From Candidatus Gottesmanbacteria bacterium RBG_16_37_8 (GTDB taxonomy: Bacteria; Patescibacteriota; Microgenomatia; 2-02-FULL-39-11), in contig MFJA01000011.1 of NCBI GenBank assembly GCA_001779055.1, positions 23,102 to 66,480 on the forward strand: a DNA stretch of 43,379 bases, given 5' to 3'. Numbering within the stretch: position 1 is the stretch's first letter; each line of letters begins with the position of its first letter. This document shows positions 1 to 9,140 of the stretch, in pieces. The translations under genes were made by a program, and so were the position numbers. The notes below the pieces were generated by a model that had not been told where the DNA came from, ran no database searches, and was given only the letters and a program-made list of their open reading frames with translations.

Positions 1-301
1 TCAAAGAATTGAATGTCACAAAACTGATTAGCTGGACAATCCAGTATGAGGCAAAAATAATAACCAACCCCAGTACTGCATAAGTCAGGAAAGTTTTTGC
101 CTTTTCCTGGCTTTGAGGATTGTCGCTGCCGGCTCCGGCAATAACAGCTACTCCGGCTCCTATGGTTAATAAAAAGAAAATAATCCCGGCCAAAAGCAGA
201 ATTTTAGGTAAAAACGAGGATACCAGTCCGCCCAAAGTCTGCAGAGCTGGAATTTTTGCCGGCGGATAGGTTTTTGAAATATCAACCTGAGCAAGTATCA
301 T
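1..301 (-). CDS. TrbC/VirB2-like small two-TM 'pilin' protein, 3' end cut by the window edge
   Basis: Absent from the ORF track because no stop lies in the window. ATG at 301..299. Hand translation: MILAQVDISKTYPPAKIPALQTLGGLVSSFLPKILLLAGIIFFLLTIGAGVAVIAGAGSDNPQSQEKAKTFLTYAVLGLVIIFASYWIVQLISFVTFNSL... It has the same TM / short G-(D/N)-P loop / TM layout and the same IIF(A/T)SYWIVQL motif as ORF 35707..36033. Confidence 0.6.
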   Translation of the reverse strand, partial: MILAQVDISKTYPPAKIPALQTLGGLVSSFLPKILLLAGIIFFLLTIGAGVAVIAGAGSDNPQSQEKAKTFLTYAVLGLVIIFASYWIVQLISFVTFNSL

Positions 302-307
302 AAACCC

Positions 308-337
308 AGTGTAGTCATGTCACTCTCTCTTTGTCAA
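308..337 (-). promoter_or_regulatory. sigma70-like promoter of the pilin-like gene, probably giving a leaderless mRNA
   Basis: The minus strand reads TTGACA(337..332)-18 nt-TACACT(313..308)-6 nt-ATG(301). No SD-like purine run lies between them. Confidence 0.35.
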
Positions 338-374
338 TCTGACTGATTATTTAGCGGGGTGTAGTCGAAGGATT

Positions 375-383
375 TGTTATAAT
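375..383 (+). promoter_or_regulatory. extended -10 (TGTTATAAT) 6 nt upstream of the sigma-factor ATG
   Basis: TGTTATAAT at 375..383 and ATG at 390. This spacing places the transcription start at or next to the start codon. Confidence 0.35.
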
Positions 384-389
384 AGCAGA

Positions 390-983
390 ATGCGTGATCA
401 GGGTATTTTTGCCGACTCAATAAGAGTGAAAAAAAAGCAAGATGAGGAAAGGCAAATAGTAAGTCAAATATTGGCAGGTGATGAGAAAGCTTTAAATTAT
501 TTTTACAGGCACTATTATCACTCTATTTATACGTATATATCGCGAAAAATCAATGAAAAGGAGGATATTGAAGAAATTCTTCAGGACTCCTTTTTTGCCG
601 TTCTGGACGGTTTTCGTGATTTTGCTTTTAAATGTTCGCTTTTTACTTTTCTTTGCAGTATAGCTAATCACAAAATAATTGATTTTTACCGTAAAAAAAA
701 GATTAAAAAAATTGTCTTTTCCCAAGTTAAGGAAGTCGAACCTCTTTTAAGTTCTCTATTTGGACCCGAAGAAGCTTTGGATGAACAGTTGTTAAGACAG
801 AAAATTAAACAGACTTTTGCCAAACTGTCACCTTCTTATCAGCTTATATTAAAGCTTAAATACATTCAGGGATTTACGGTTGAAGAAATATCTCAAAAAA
901 TGACAATTACTTTTAAAAGTGCCGAAAGTCAGCTCTTTCGGGCACGAAAAGCTTTTGCTTTTGTCTTCAATTATGAAAAATGA
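390..983 (+). CDS. ECF-type sigma-70 family RNA polymerase sigma factor
   Basis: Region 2-like stretch: EDIEEILQDSFFAVLDGFRDF...FTFLCSIANHKIIDFYRKK. Region 4 HTH-like stretch: LSPSYQLILKLKYIQGFTVEEISQKMTITFKSAESQLFRARKAF. The size (197 aa) fits. Confidence 0.85.
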   Translation: MRDQGIFADSIRVKKKQDEERQIVSQILAGDEKALNYFYRHYYHSIYTYISRKINEKEDIEEILQDSFFAVLDGFRDFAFKCSLFTFLCSIANHKIIDFYRKKKIKKIVFSQVKEVEPLLSSLFGPEEALDEQLLRQKIKQTFAKLSPSYQLILKLKYIQGFTVEEISQKMTITFKSAESQLFRARKAFAFVFNYEK

Positions 984-1206
984 TTATTTTTACCAAAGAT
1001 TAGTGGACAAAATGCAACAGATGGCCGTAATTCCTCCTCAGACGGTCGGACCCCTGACTCCTTTATATAAACGTCTGGTTCCTCAGTTTAAATTTTTTCC
1101 TTTTAAAATATTAATTCCGGCATCATTTGTAGCCATTATTTTTGCCTATTTAATATTTGGTCTTAAATTAGTCAAGCTGGCTTCTTTACTCCAGCTTAGC
1201 TTCTGA
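973..1206 (+). CDS. small single-TM protein, putative anti-sigma factor
   Basis: The internal ATG at 973 overlaps the sigma-factor stop (ATGAAAAATGA). One C-terminal TM segment (ILIPASFVAIIFAYLIFGL). The assignment rests on position only. The track ORF starting at 919 would overlap the sigma gene by 65 nt. Confidence 0.4.
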   Translation: MKNDYFYQRLVDKMQQMAVIPPQTVGPLTPLYKRLVPQFKFFPFKILIPASFVAIIFAYLIFGLKLVKLASLLQLSF

Positions 1207-1210
1207 TGTC

Positions 1211-1828
1211 ATGTCTCTTATTAAACCTTTTATTCTTTTTCTTCGAAACTCTATCGGCACCATTACCTCGCCTTATGTTGCCTATCGGCAAATTTCTCAA
1301 ATTGGCCAGGATAAAAGACAGATAATTTTCATCCATCTTTTAATCTTTTTTTATTTTCTTCTCACCAGTGTCCTCAAAATCGGTCTTAAAAATCCGTTTC
1401 TCTTAACAGTTAAATTTAATAGTCTGTATTTTTCCGTTTATTTGGGATTTGCTTTAATGCTCTGTCTCTTTTATCTTGGATACCGCCTTCTTAGCTCTCA
1501 AACTTTTCCCTTTGTCCGTATCATACTTCTCTGGTCTTATTCTCTTTGGCCGACCTTGTTTTGGTTTTTTACCACCTCTTTTTTTTATTTGATCCTGCCT
1601 CCGCCAAGATCAATTTCTTATCCGGGCAAATTATACAGTCTTTCTTATCTTGCTTTTTCATTGACTTTGCTTTTTTGGAAAAGCATTCTTTATTATTTAA
1701 CCTTAAGATTTGGATTGAGGTTTGATTTATTTAAAATTATTCTTATTTCTCTGATTATCATCCCGTTGGTTTTTGTCTATTCAATATTTATGTATCGTTT
1801 AGGTATTTTTAAAATTCCCTTTATTTAG
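1211..1828 (+). CDS. polytopic membrane protein of unknown function
   Basis: 205-aa ORF with about 5-6 hydrophobic segments. It is tightly packed between the anti-sigma candidate and the HMG-CoA reductase gene. I recognised no motif. Confidence 0.55.
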   Translation: MSLIKPFILFLRNSIGTITSPYVAYRQISQIGQDKRQIIFIHLLIFFYFLLTSVLKIGLKNPFLLTVKFNSLYFSVYLGFALMLCLFYLGYRLLSSQTFPFVRIILLWSYSLWPTLFWFFTTSFFYLILPPPRSISYPGKLYSLSYLAFSLTLLFWKSILYYLTLRFGLRFDLFKIILISLIIIPLVFVYSIFMYRLGIFKIPFI

Positions 1829-1832
1829 ATCT

Positions 1833-2993
1833 ATGTCCCTTAGACAGTTAAAAACTATATCTGAAAGAAGAAAATATCTGGAAGAAAAATTAAAACTCAA
1901 GTTGAGTGCAACTGCAATTTTTCCTCAGGGACTAAATGATGCCCAGTATAAAAACTGTGAAAATATGATTGGTTGTACCCAAGTTCCTTTGGGAATTGCC
2001 GGTCCGTTAAAAATTACAGGAAATTACGCAAAAGGCAATTATTATCTTCCGCTGTCTACAACTGAAGGAGCTCTTGTTGCTTCTGTCAATCGGGGCTGTA
2101 AAGCAGTCACTTTAAGCGGTGGAGTTACAGCTTTTTGTCTCGATGTTGGCATTACCAGGGGCGCTGTTTTTAAAACAGGAAATATTAAACAAAGTGTTTC
2201 TTTGCAAAAATTTCTAGAGGAAAATATTTCGCTTTTAAAAAAGAAAGCAAGTTCAACTTCTTCGCATCTTCAATTAATTGGTCTCAAGATAAAAATTGTC
2301 GGGAAATTTGTTTTTGTTCGTTTTAACTTTGACAGTCAGGAAGCTATGGGAATGAATATGGCTACAATAGCCGCAGATAAATTAGTTCGAATAATTTCCG
2401 AAAAAACCCAAAACCGCTGTCTGTCATTAGCTGCTAATTTTGATATTGATAAAAAACCTTCTTATCTTAATTTTCTGGAAGGACGGGGCCGTCAGGTAAT
2501 GGCAGAGGCCATCATAACAGAATCAGTTGTCAGGCAAGTATTAAAAACTTCACCCCAAAAAATTGACGAAGTAGCTAAAGTTAAATGTTACTTAGGCAGT
2601 ATCGTTGCCGGCTCTCTTGGCTTTAATGCCCATTATGCCAATATTATTGCTGCTCTTTTTATTTCAACTGGACAGGATGTAGCCCATGTGGCAGAAGGAA
2701 GTATCGGTATAACCTCGACTGAAATTGTTGACAGCAATTTATATATCAGTGTTAGTTTGCCTGATTTGCCTTTGGGAACTGTTGGCGGTGGAACTTTGTT
2801 GCCTTCTCAACAGGAGAGTTTAAAAATATTAAAAGTTACCAAAGGTGTAAAAGGTGAAAAATCACGCGCTCTTGCTGAAATAATTGCCGCTGCTGTTCTT
2901 GCCGGAGAATTGTCGTTGCTCTCAGCTCTTTCTGTTGGGAGTCTATCCGAGTCTCATCAGAAATTTGCCAGGGCAAAAATAAAGCAGGGGTAA
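1833..2993 (+). CDS. hmgA: HMG-CoA reductase, class I (archaeal/eukaryotic-type catalytic domain, no membrane anchor)
   Basis: Motifs TTEGALVASVNRGCKA, QEAMGMNM (DAMGMNM-like) and LGTVGGGT. 386 aa. Confidence 0.9.
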   Translation: MSLRQLKTISERRKYLEEKLKLKLSATAIFPQGLNDAQYKNCENMIGCTQVPLGIAGPLKITGNYAKGNYYLPLSTTEGALVASVNRGCKAVTLSGGVTAFCLDVGITRGAVFKTGNIKQSVSLQKFLEENISLLKKKASSTSSHLQLIGLKIKIVGKFVFVRFNFDSQEAMGMNMATIAADKLVRIISEKTQNRCLSLAANFDIDKKPSYLNFLEGRGRQVMAEAIITESVVRQVLKTSPQKIDEVAKVKCYLGSIVAGSLGFNAHYANIIAALFISTGQDVAHVAEGSIGITSTEIVDSNLYISVSLPDLPLGTVGGGTLLPSQQESLKILKVTKGVKGEKSRALAEIIAAAVLAGELSLLSALSVGSLSESHQKFARAKIKQG

Positions 2994-3017
2994 GTTACAC
3001 CCTAAATAAATTAAATA

Positions 3018-4052
3018 ATGGAAGTAGGAATTTTAAGTTACGGGATATATATCCCTTTTTACCGTTTAAAAGCTGAGAGTATTGCCCAAATCTGGGGTAA
3101 GCAAGCCTCAGATATCCAAAATTCCTTAGGCGTTAGGGAAAAATCCGTTGCCGGTTTAGATGAAGATTCTGTCACTTTAGCGTATGAAGCAAGTATTAGG
3201 GCTCTGAAAAATTATCATCTGCCCGCCTCCTCAATTGAAGCCATCTTTGTTGGTTCCGAAAGCCATCCTTATGCTGTTAATCCTACCTCAACTATTTTGG
3301 GTGAATTCCTGGGGGTTGGCCATAATTATTTGGCAACAGATTTGCAGTTTGCCTGTAAAGCGGCAACAACTGCTATGATTTCGGTTGCTGGTCTAATTTC
3401 AGCAAAAATTATTAAATCAGGTTTAATTGTGGGAACAGACTGTGCCCAGGCTAAACCCCATGATATTCTGGAGTACACGGCTGCTTCTGCTGCAGCTGCA
3501 GTCATTCTAGGCAAAAACTCCGCTGATAGTCTGGCTAAAATAATTGATGTAGCTTCTGTTTCTTCCGATACTCCTGATTTTTGGCGCCGGGATGGAGTCC
3601 GCTTCCCCAGTCATGGAGGAAGATTTACCGGTGAACCGGCTTATTTCTATCATGTTGAGTTGGTAAGTCAAAATATTTTTAAAAAAACCGGATTAAAACC
3701 CCGGAATTTCAAATACTGTGTCTTTCATATGCCTAATGGTAAATTTCCCAGGATTGTAGCTGGAAGACTTGGTTTTACGCCTGCTCAGCTTGCTCCTTCC
3801 CTAATCATTGATCATATTGGTAATCCCTATTCCGCATCTTCACTTTTAGGATTATCAAAAGTTTTGGATATTGCCAATAAAGATGATCTTATTCTGCTTG
3901 TTTCTTATGGCTCCGGTGCGGGTTCGGATGCCGTGGTTTTAAAAGTTTTGAGAAGAAATGATCATAGTAAAAAAGAAAAATTTATCGATATTGTCAACCG
4001 CAAAAAATATATTAATTACGTGGAATATTTGAAATTCGGTCAAAAAATCTGA
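3018..4052 (+). CDS. HMG-CoA synthase, short archaeal type
   Basis: 344 aa. Motifs GSESHPYAVNPT, active-site-like LQFACKAATTAM, FHMPNGKFP and IGNPYSASS. It sits immediately upstream of a thiolase and a DUF35 protein. Confidence 0.85.
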   Translation: MEVGILSYGIYIPFYRLKAESIAQIWGKQASDIQNSLGVREKSVAGLDEDSVTLAYEASIRALKNYHLPASSIEAIFVGSESHPYAVNPTSTILGEFLGVGHNYLATDLQFACKAATTAMISVAGLISAKIIKSGLIVGTDCAQAKPHDILEYTAASAAAAVILGKNSADSLAKIIDVASVSSDTPDFWRRDGVRFPSHGGRFTGEPAYFYHVELVSQNIFKKTGLKPRNFKYCVFHMPNGKFPRIVAGRLGFTPAQLAPSLIIDHIGNPYSASSLLGLSKVLDIANKDDLILLVSYGSGAGSDAVVLKVLRRNDHSKKEKFIDIVNRKKYINYVEYLKFGQKI

Positions 4053-4053
4053 T

Positions 4054-5193
4054 ATGAATGTCCAAGTTTTAGGAGGTCTGACCTCCAATTTCGGCGAGTT
4101 ATGGGATACTTCTCCCCGTTCTCTTGTCAGGGAGACTTGTTACCAATTATTTAAAAATACATCTTTGCCAAAATCAAAAATTGATGCAGTCTTAGTTGCT
4201 AACATGCTGTCGTCCTCACTTGGCAATCAGGATCATCTTGGTGCGTTTTTTGCTGAAGAATTAGGTCTTAATGTTCCGGCTGTAAAAGTTGAGGCTGCTT
4301 GTGCTTCAGGCGGTATGGCTGTTCATTTGGCTGTTCTTTCAATTTTATCCGGACAATATAAAAATGTTTTAGTAGTGGGAGTTGAAAAAATGACTGATTA
4401 TAAGCCGGAGCTTGTAAATAAAGCTCTCATGGGTGCCGGCAGCGAAGGCGAAAGAGAAGCCGGAGCAACCTTTTCATCACTCTATGCCTTAATGGCAACG
4501 AAGTATATGGCTGAATATAAAACAAAAGAGGAAGAACTCGCTCAAGTAGCCGTAAAAAATCATTATCACGCATCACTTAGCTCTCATGCCCAATTTAAAA
4601 ACCAGATTACCATAGATGCGGTTCTTAAAAGTCCAATGATTGCCACACCTCTGAAAATTCTTGATTGTTCGCCGATTTCTGATGGTGCCGCTGCTCTGAT
4701 ACTTTCAAGTGATAATAAAAATAGTAAAGTTTCGATAGTTGCATCACAGTCGGGGAGCGATTCTTTGTCGTTATCTCAAAGAGAAAACTTAACCTCATTA
4801 AAAGCGGCTGTAATTTCTTCCCGTAATGCTTATAAACAGGCCGGTATTACACCTGAAGATATTGATGTTGCCGAAGTTCATGATTGTTTTACCATTGCTG
4901 AAATAATTGCCATGGAAGACTTAGGATTTTTTAAAAAAGGGGAAGCAGCTAAAAATATTTTTGCCAAAAAAACCTGGTTGGGATTTGGCCGGCCGGTTGT
5001 TAATACATCAGGAGGATTAAAAGCAGCCGGTCATCCGGTTGGAGCAACCGGAGTTAAACAGGTTGTTGAGATTTTCCATCAGTTGAATCAAACAGCAGGT
5101 AAAAAACAGGTCAGAAATGCCCGAATTGGCTTAACTCACAACGTCGGCGGTAGTGGTGGTACTTGTGTCATTCATATTTTAAAGAGGAATTAG
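4054..5193 (+). CDS. acetyl-CoA acetyltransferase (archaeal-type thiolase)
   Basis: Motifs VEAACASGG (nucleophile Cys), NTSGGLKAAGHPVGATG and THNVGGSGG. Its start lies 2 nt after the HMGCS stop. Confidence 0.85.
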   Translation: MNVQVLGGLTSNFGELWDTSPRSLVRETCYQLFKNTSLPKSKIDAVLVANMLSSSLGNQDHLGAFFAEELGLNVPAVKVEAACASGGMAVHLAVLSILSGQYKNVLVVGVEKMTDYKPELVNKALMGAGSEGEREAGATFSSLYALMATKYMAEYKTKEEELAQVAVKNHYHASLSSHAQFKNQITIDAVLKSPMIATPLKILDCSPISDGAAALILSSDNKNSKVSIVASQSGSDSLSLSQRENLTSLKAAVISSRNAYKQAGITPEDIDVAEVHDCFTIAEIIAMEDLGFFKKGEAAKNIFAKKTWLGFGRPVVNTSGGLKAAGHPVGATGVKQVVEIFHQLNQTAGKKQVRNARIGLTHNVGGSGGTCVIHILKRN

Positions 5194-5206
5194 AATTTAA
5201 TATCCT

Positions 5207-5509
5207 ATGTTATCTCCGGTTAAAATCTGGCGTAATCAAAAAAAAGTAAAAAGTCTTTTGAATTTAGAAGGAAAAATTCTCTCCTATACTAAAGTCTATG
5301 TGCCTCCTGCCGGTTTCGAACAGCAGGCTCCCTATGTTGTGGCTATAGCGGAGCTTGTTGGAGGAATCAAGGTAATTGCCCAATTAATTGAATGGCAGGA
5401 TAAAAATCTTAAAATCGGCCAAAAGATCTTGACAGTTTTAAGGAGAACAAAAGATCCTGGACTTGAAGGTATCATCCCCTACGGTATCAAATTTAAGCCT
5501 GTTGATTGA
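5207..5509 (+). CDS. DUF35-like OB-fold protein (thiolase/HMGCS scaffold homolog) lacking the zinc ribbon
   Basis: 100 aa. The OB-fold-like C-terminal pattern is ILSYTKVYVPPAGFEQQAPYVVAIAELVGGIKVIAQLIEW...IGQKI. It contains no Cys residue, so no CxxC zinc ribbon is possible. The position matches the archaeal three-gene arrangement. Confidence 0.6.
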   Translation: MLSPVKIWRNQKKVKSLLNLEGKILSYTKVYVPPAGFEQQAPYVVAIAELVGGIKVIAQLIEWQDKNLKIGQKILTVLRRTKDPGLEGIIPYGIKFKPVD

Positions 5510-5510
5510 T

Positions 5511-6452
5511 ATGCCAGTTTCAGTTTCCGCTCCGGGTAAAATTTATCTCTGTGGTGAACATTTTGTTGTCTATGGGGCTCCGGCCTTATTATCTGCGATT
5601 GATAAAAGGGTTACAGTCAAAATTGAAGACCATAAGGATAAATTATTGACCTACTCCCTCGATAACCGCTTTATTCGTCATATTATTAATGTTGTTAAAA
5701 ATCATTTTGGTCTGCGAAGTATCAGACCTTTTAAAATTACAGTCGCATCTCAAATAAAAAAAGGTTACCATTTAGGCTCTTCTGCAGCGGTTTCAGTAGC
5801 ATCGATTGGGGCTCTTCTTTATTATTTGAAAAGAGTCTGGAATCCTGATTTAGTTAATAAGCTTGCCTTTGAAGTTGAGAAAATTAAACATCATAACGCC
5901 TCAGGAGCTGATAACAGTGGAATAACTTACGGAGGATTAGTTTGGTACAGGAAAGAATTGGAGTTTTTAAAAAGCATTTGGCAATTATCTCTAAAAATTC
6001 CATCTAATCTTAATAAATTTTATCTGATAGATACAGGCACGCCTCTTGAGTCAACCGCTGCTATGGTTAAATTTGTAGCTAAAAAGTATGCCGAAAATAA
6101 AAGATTTTTTGATAGATTTATGGCTATAAACGAAATTCAAACAAAAAAAATTGCTTTAGCCTTAAAAGAAGGCAATGCCAATAACCTGGTTAATGCTCTC
6201 AAAGTATGCGAAAATACTTTGGAAAAAATAGGTGTTGTCAGTCAAAAAGTAATTCCAATAATTCGGGAGGTCGAAAAAAAAGGCGGCGCAGCAAAAATTC
6301 TAGGAGGGGGTGGAAGATCAAAAGGAGTAGGATACCTTCTTTGTTTTATTGCAGGTGAGAATTTATTGCCTGATTTGGTAAAACGCTATAACTTTAGTCT
6401 GGAAGCAATCTCCTTAGGTGAAGAAGGAATTAGATTAGAAAGTTCAAAATGA
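5511..6452 (+). CDS. mvk: mevalonate kinase (GHMP kinase)
   Basis: The ATG at 5511 lies 1 nt after the upstream stop. Motifs SAPGKIYLCGEHFVVYGAPAL, HLGSSAAVSVA, SGADNSGITYGG and KILGGGG. Confidence 0.8.
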   Translation: MPVSVSAPGKIYLCGEHFVVYGAPALLSAIDKRVTVKIEDHKDKLLTYSLDNRFIRHIINVVKNHFGLRSIRPFKITVASQIKKGYHLGSSAAVSVASIGALLYYLKRVWNPDLVNKLAFEVEKIKHHNASGADNSGITYGGLVWYRKELEFLKSIWQLSLKIPSNLNKFYLIDTGTPLESTAAMVKFVAKKYAENKRFFDRFMAINEIQTKKIALALKEGNANNLVNALKVCENTLEKIGVVSQKVIPIIREVEKKGGAAKILGGGGRSKGVGYLLCFIAGENLLPDLVKRYNFSLEAISLGEEGIRLESSK

Positions 6453-7414
6453 CGGATCAAGCGATTGCATCAGCCCCCGGAAAATTAATGCTTCTTGGCG
6501 AGCATGCCGTTGTTTACGGTTCTCCATGTCTGGTTGCCTCAATTAATAAAAGAATAACTGTTTTTATAAAAAGATTAACAGTCAATAAATTGCATCTTTC
6601 CTTGCCTGATTTAAAATTTGATAAAAAATTTAATCTTCGGGATTTATATATTCATTCTTCCCCGCACCAGGCAGTGTTTGTCATCTCCGCAGTTTCTCAC
6701 TTTTTCCATTATTTTCGTAAACAATCAGGACTGTCAATAAAAACCAAATCAGATTTTTTGCCCCAATTGGGTTTAGGATCATCTTCAGCTGTTACAGTTG
6801 CTACCTTAAAAGCTTTATCCCGAATCTTTGCTAAAACTATCAGCCATGAAAATTTATTTAATTTAGCTTTCCAAAGTGTTAAGGCTGTTCAAAAAAAAAT
6901 TTCCGGTTTTGATCTGGCTGCAGCTGTTTATGGAGGTATAATTTATTATCAATTAAACAAATCTGTTCTTAATTTGCCGAAAAAAAACATACCTCTCTTA
7001 ATAGTTTATTCCGGAATTAAAGCCGATACCGAAAAAATGGTAAATATGGTGTATCAATCGAAAAAAATTAATCCGCTAAAAGTAAACCGTCTTTTTGCTG
7101 CTATATCTCAACTTGTTGACAAGGCCAAAATCGCCTATAAAGAAGACAATTGGCCTCTCTTAGGTGATCTGTTTAATCAAAATCAAAAAATTTTAACTGA
7201 GCTTGGTGTTTCAACTGCTAAATTGAATTTGTTGGCAAAAACTGCCGTCTCAAGCGGTGCCTATGGTGCTAAATTATCTGGCGCAGGAGGAGGGGATTGT
7301 CTTATTGTTTTATATAAGGTAGAACGCAGAGCACAAATTATTGATGCTATTAAAAAAAACGGAGGCAGTCTTTTAGATGTATTTCCGGAGACACAAGGCG
7401 TAAAACTCTTATGA
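6449..7414 (+). CDS. second mevalonate-kinase-like GHMP kinase, probable phosphomevalonate kinase
   Basis: Motifs SAPGKLMLLGEHAVVYGSP, GLGSSSAVTVA, SGFDLAAAVYGG and KLSGAGGGDC. ATGA overlaps occur at both ends. The function is inferred from the pathway position. Confidence 0.55.
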   Translation: MTDQAIASAPGKLMLLGEHAVVYGSPCLVASINKRITVFIKRLTVNKLHLSLPDLKFDKKFNLRDLYIHSSPHQAVFVISAVSHFFHYFRKQSGLSIKTKSDFLPQLGLGSSSAVTVATLKALSRIFAKTISHENLFNLAFQSVKAVQKKISGFDLAAAVYGGIIYYQLNKSVLNLPKKNIPLLIVYSGIKADTEKMVNMVYQSKKINPLKVNRLFAAISQLVDKAKIAYKEDNWPLLGDLFNQNQKILTELGVSTAKLNLLAKTAVSSGAYGAKLSGAGGGDCLIVLYKVERRAQIIDAIKKNGGSLLDVFPETQGVKLL

Positions 7415-8388
7415 AAAAAACAGCTCTTGCCTATTCCAACATTGCGCTGATCAAATATTGGGGTAAAGTAGACTTTACAAATCGGCTTCCCGCCAATAAC
7501 AGTATCTCCATGAATTTAAGTAATTTAAAAACGATAACTACAGTTGAATTTCAACCTCAATTAAAAAAAGATGATGTTTTAATTGATGGAGCAAAAGTCG
7601 ATAAAGAGATAATAAGAGTTAAAAAGCATTTGGATAGGATCAGAAAAATTAACAATACCTTACTTTTCGCCAAAGTTGTTTCTCAAAACAATTTTCCCAA
7701 ATCAACCGGTCTGTCATCCTCAGCTTCAGGGTTTGCCGCTCTTACTCTTGCAGCAACCTCCGGTTTGAATTTAAATCTGTCAGAGAATAAATTATCACAT
7801 CTTGCCCGTCTTGCCTCGGGTTCAGCCTGCCGATCCATCCCCGGAGGATTTGTTGAATGGTATCAGTCTACTTCCCGCCATGATTCATTTGCCAAAACCA
7901 TATTTCCTGATAGTTACTGGAATATAGTTGATTTTGTGGCTGTTGTAGGCGGTCAAAAAAAAGATATTTCAACATCTTTCGCCCAGAGATCAGCTTTTTC
8001 CAGCCCTTTTTTGAAAGTCAGATTAAAAAATTTACCGTCAAAGTTAAAATATTTAAAGTTAGCTATCGAAGAAAAAAATTTCCCTGTCTTTGGAGAGATA
8101 ATTGAAGCAGAAGCGCTGGAAATGCATGCCATAATTATGACTCAAGCTCGACCCCTTATTTACTTTCTGCCGGAAACTCTGGCTCTTTTTCGGCAAGTAA
8201 GAATGTGGCGTCTTGAAGGCTTATTGGTATTTTTTACCCTTAATACCGGCCATGACGTGCATCTTTTTTGTCAGGAAAAAGATAAGGATATTTTAAATAA
8301 AAAACTTACTCTGTTGCCGTTTGTTAAAAGAATAATTATTAATTATCCGGCAGGTAAGGCCGCAATTATCAATAAACACTTATTTTAA
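7411..8388 (+). CDS. mvaD: diphosphomevalonate decarboxylase family enzyme
   Basis: Motifs AYSNIALIKYWGK, GLSSSASGFAALT and SGSACRSIPGGFVEW. Substrate preference (MVAPP versus MVAP) cannot be read from the sequence. Confidence 0.8.
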   Translation: MKKTALAYSNIALIKYWGKVDFTNRLPANNSISMNLSNLKTITTVEFQPQLKKDDVLIDGAKVDKEIIRVKKHLDRIRKINNTLLFAKVVSQNNFPKSTGLSSSASGFAALTLAATSGLNLNLSENKLSHLARLASGSACRSIPGGFVEWYQSTSRHDSFAKTIFPDSYWNIVDFVAVVGGQKKDISTSFAQRSAFSSPFLKVRLKNLPSKLKYLKLAIEEKNFPVFGEIIEAEALEMHAIIMTQARPLIYFLPETLALFRQVRMWRLEGLLVFFTLNTGHDVHLFCQEKDKDILNKKLTLLPFVKRIIINYPAGKAAIINKHLF

Positions 8389-8393
8389 AAAAA

Positions 8394-9083
8394 ATGTCCA
8401 ATTTGCCAAAACACATTGCTTTAATAATGGATGGTAACCGCCGCTTTGCCAAAAAACATCATTTGCCGGACTTTGAAGGACACCGCCATGGCGAAGAGAC
8501 GATCGAACCGCTTGTAGATACAGCTATCAAAATAGGTATCCCTTATCTGACTTTTTGGGCTTTTTCAACGGAAAACTGGTACAGGGACAAAATAGAGGTT
8601 AATTATCTTCTCAATCTTTTTCGTACAGTACTCGACCGAAAAATAGATATCTTTCACCGTAAAAACGTCCGTCTTATCTGTCTTGGCAATCTTGAAAGAT
8701 TTCCCCAAGATCTGATTGAAAAAACACGAAATTGGATGGGTAAAACAAAAAACAATACTGCCATTACTCTTAATCTTGCCTTAAGTTATGGCGGCCGTGA
8801 TGAGATTATTAGAAGTGTTAATAAATGGCATTTAAATAAAAAAAATAGATCTCAACCACTGACAAAGGAAATTTTGTCTGAGAATCTTGATACTGCCGGA
8901 CAACCGGATCCCGACTTATTAATAAGAACAGGTGGAGAAAAGAGACTGTCAGGTTTCCTTCTTTGGCAGATTGAATATGCAGAAATATATTTTACTGATG
9001 TTTTGTGGCCGGACTTCACACCGTCTGAATTTCGTAAAGCCATCAGATTTTATCAAAAAAGACATCGGCGTTTCGGCAGATGA
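8394..9083 (+). CDS. uppS: undecaprenyl-diphosphate synthase (cis-prenyltransferase)
   Basis: Motifs HIALIMDGNRRFAKK, LTFWAFSTENW, IRTGGEKRLSGFLLWQ..YAE and RRFG. Confidence 0.93.
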   Translation: MSNLPKHIALIMDGNRRFAKKHHLPDFEGHRHGEETIEPLVDTAIKIGIPYLTFWAFSTENWYRDKIEVNYLLNLFRTVLDRKIDIFHRKNVRLICLGNLERFPQDLIEKTRNWMGKTKNNTAITLNLALSYGGRDEIIRSVNKWHLNKKNRSQPLTKEILSENLDTAGQPDPDLLIRTGGEKRLSGFLLWQIEYAEIYFTDVLWPDFTPSEFRKAIRFYQKRHRRFGR

Positions 9084-9140
9084 TGACATCCAAGTATTTA
9101 TTGATAATATTAAGTCTTTAATTGTAAAATAATACCATCA

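Noticed and set aside
919-972. N-terminal extensions of track ORFs: 919, 5463, 29411, 33074, 39581, 40194 and 17909.
   Set aside because: The extensions overlap the preceding gene by 40-170 nt or start at TTG. In each case an internal ATG lies within a few nt of the upstream stop or at leaderless distance from a promoter, so the shorter ORFs were annotated.
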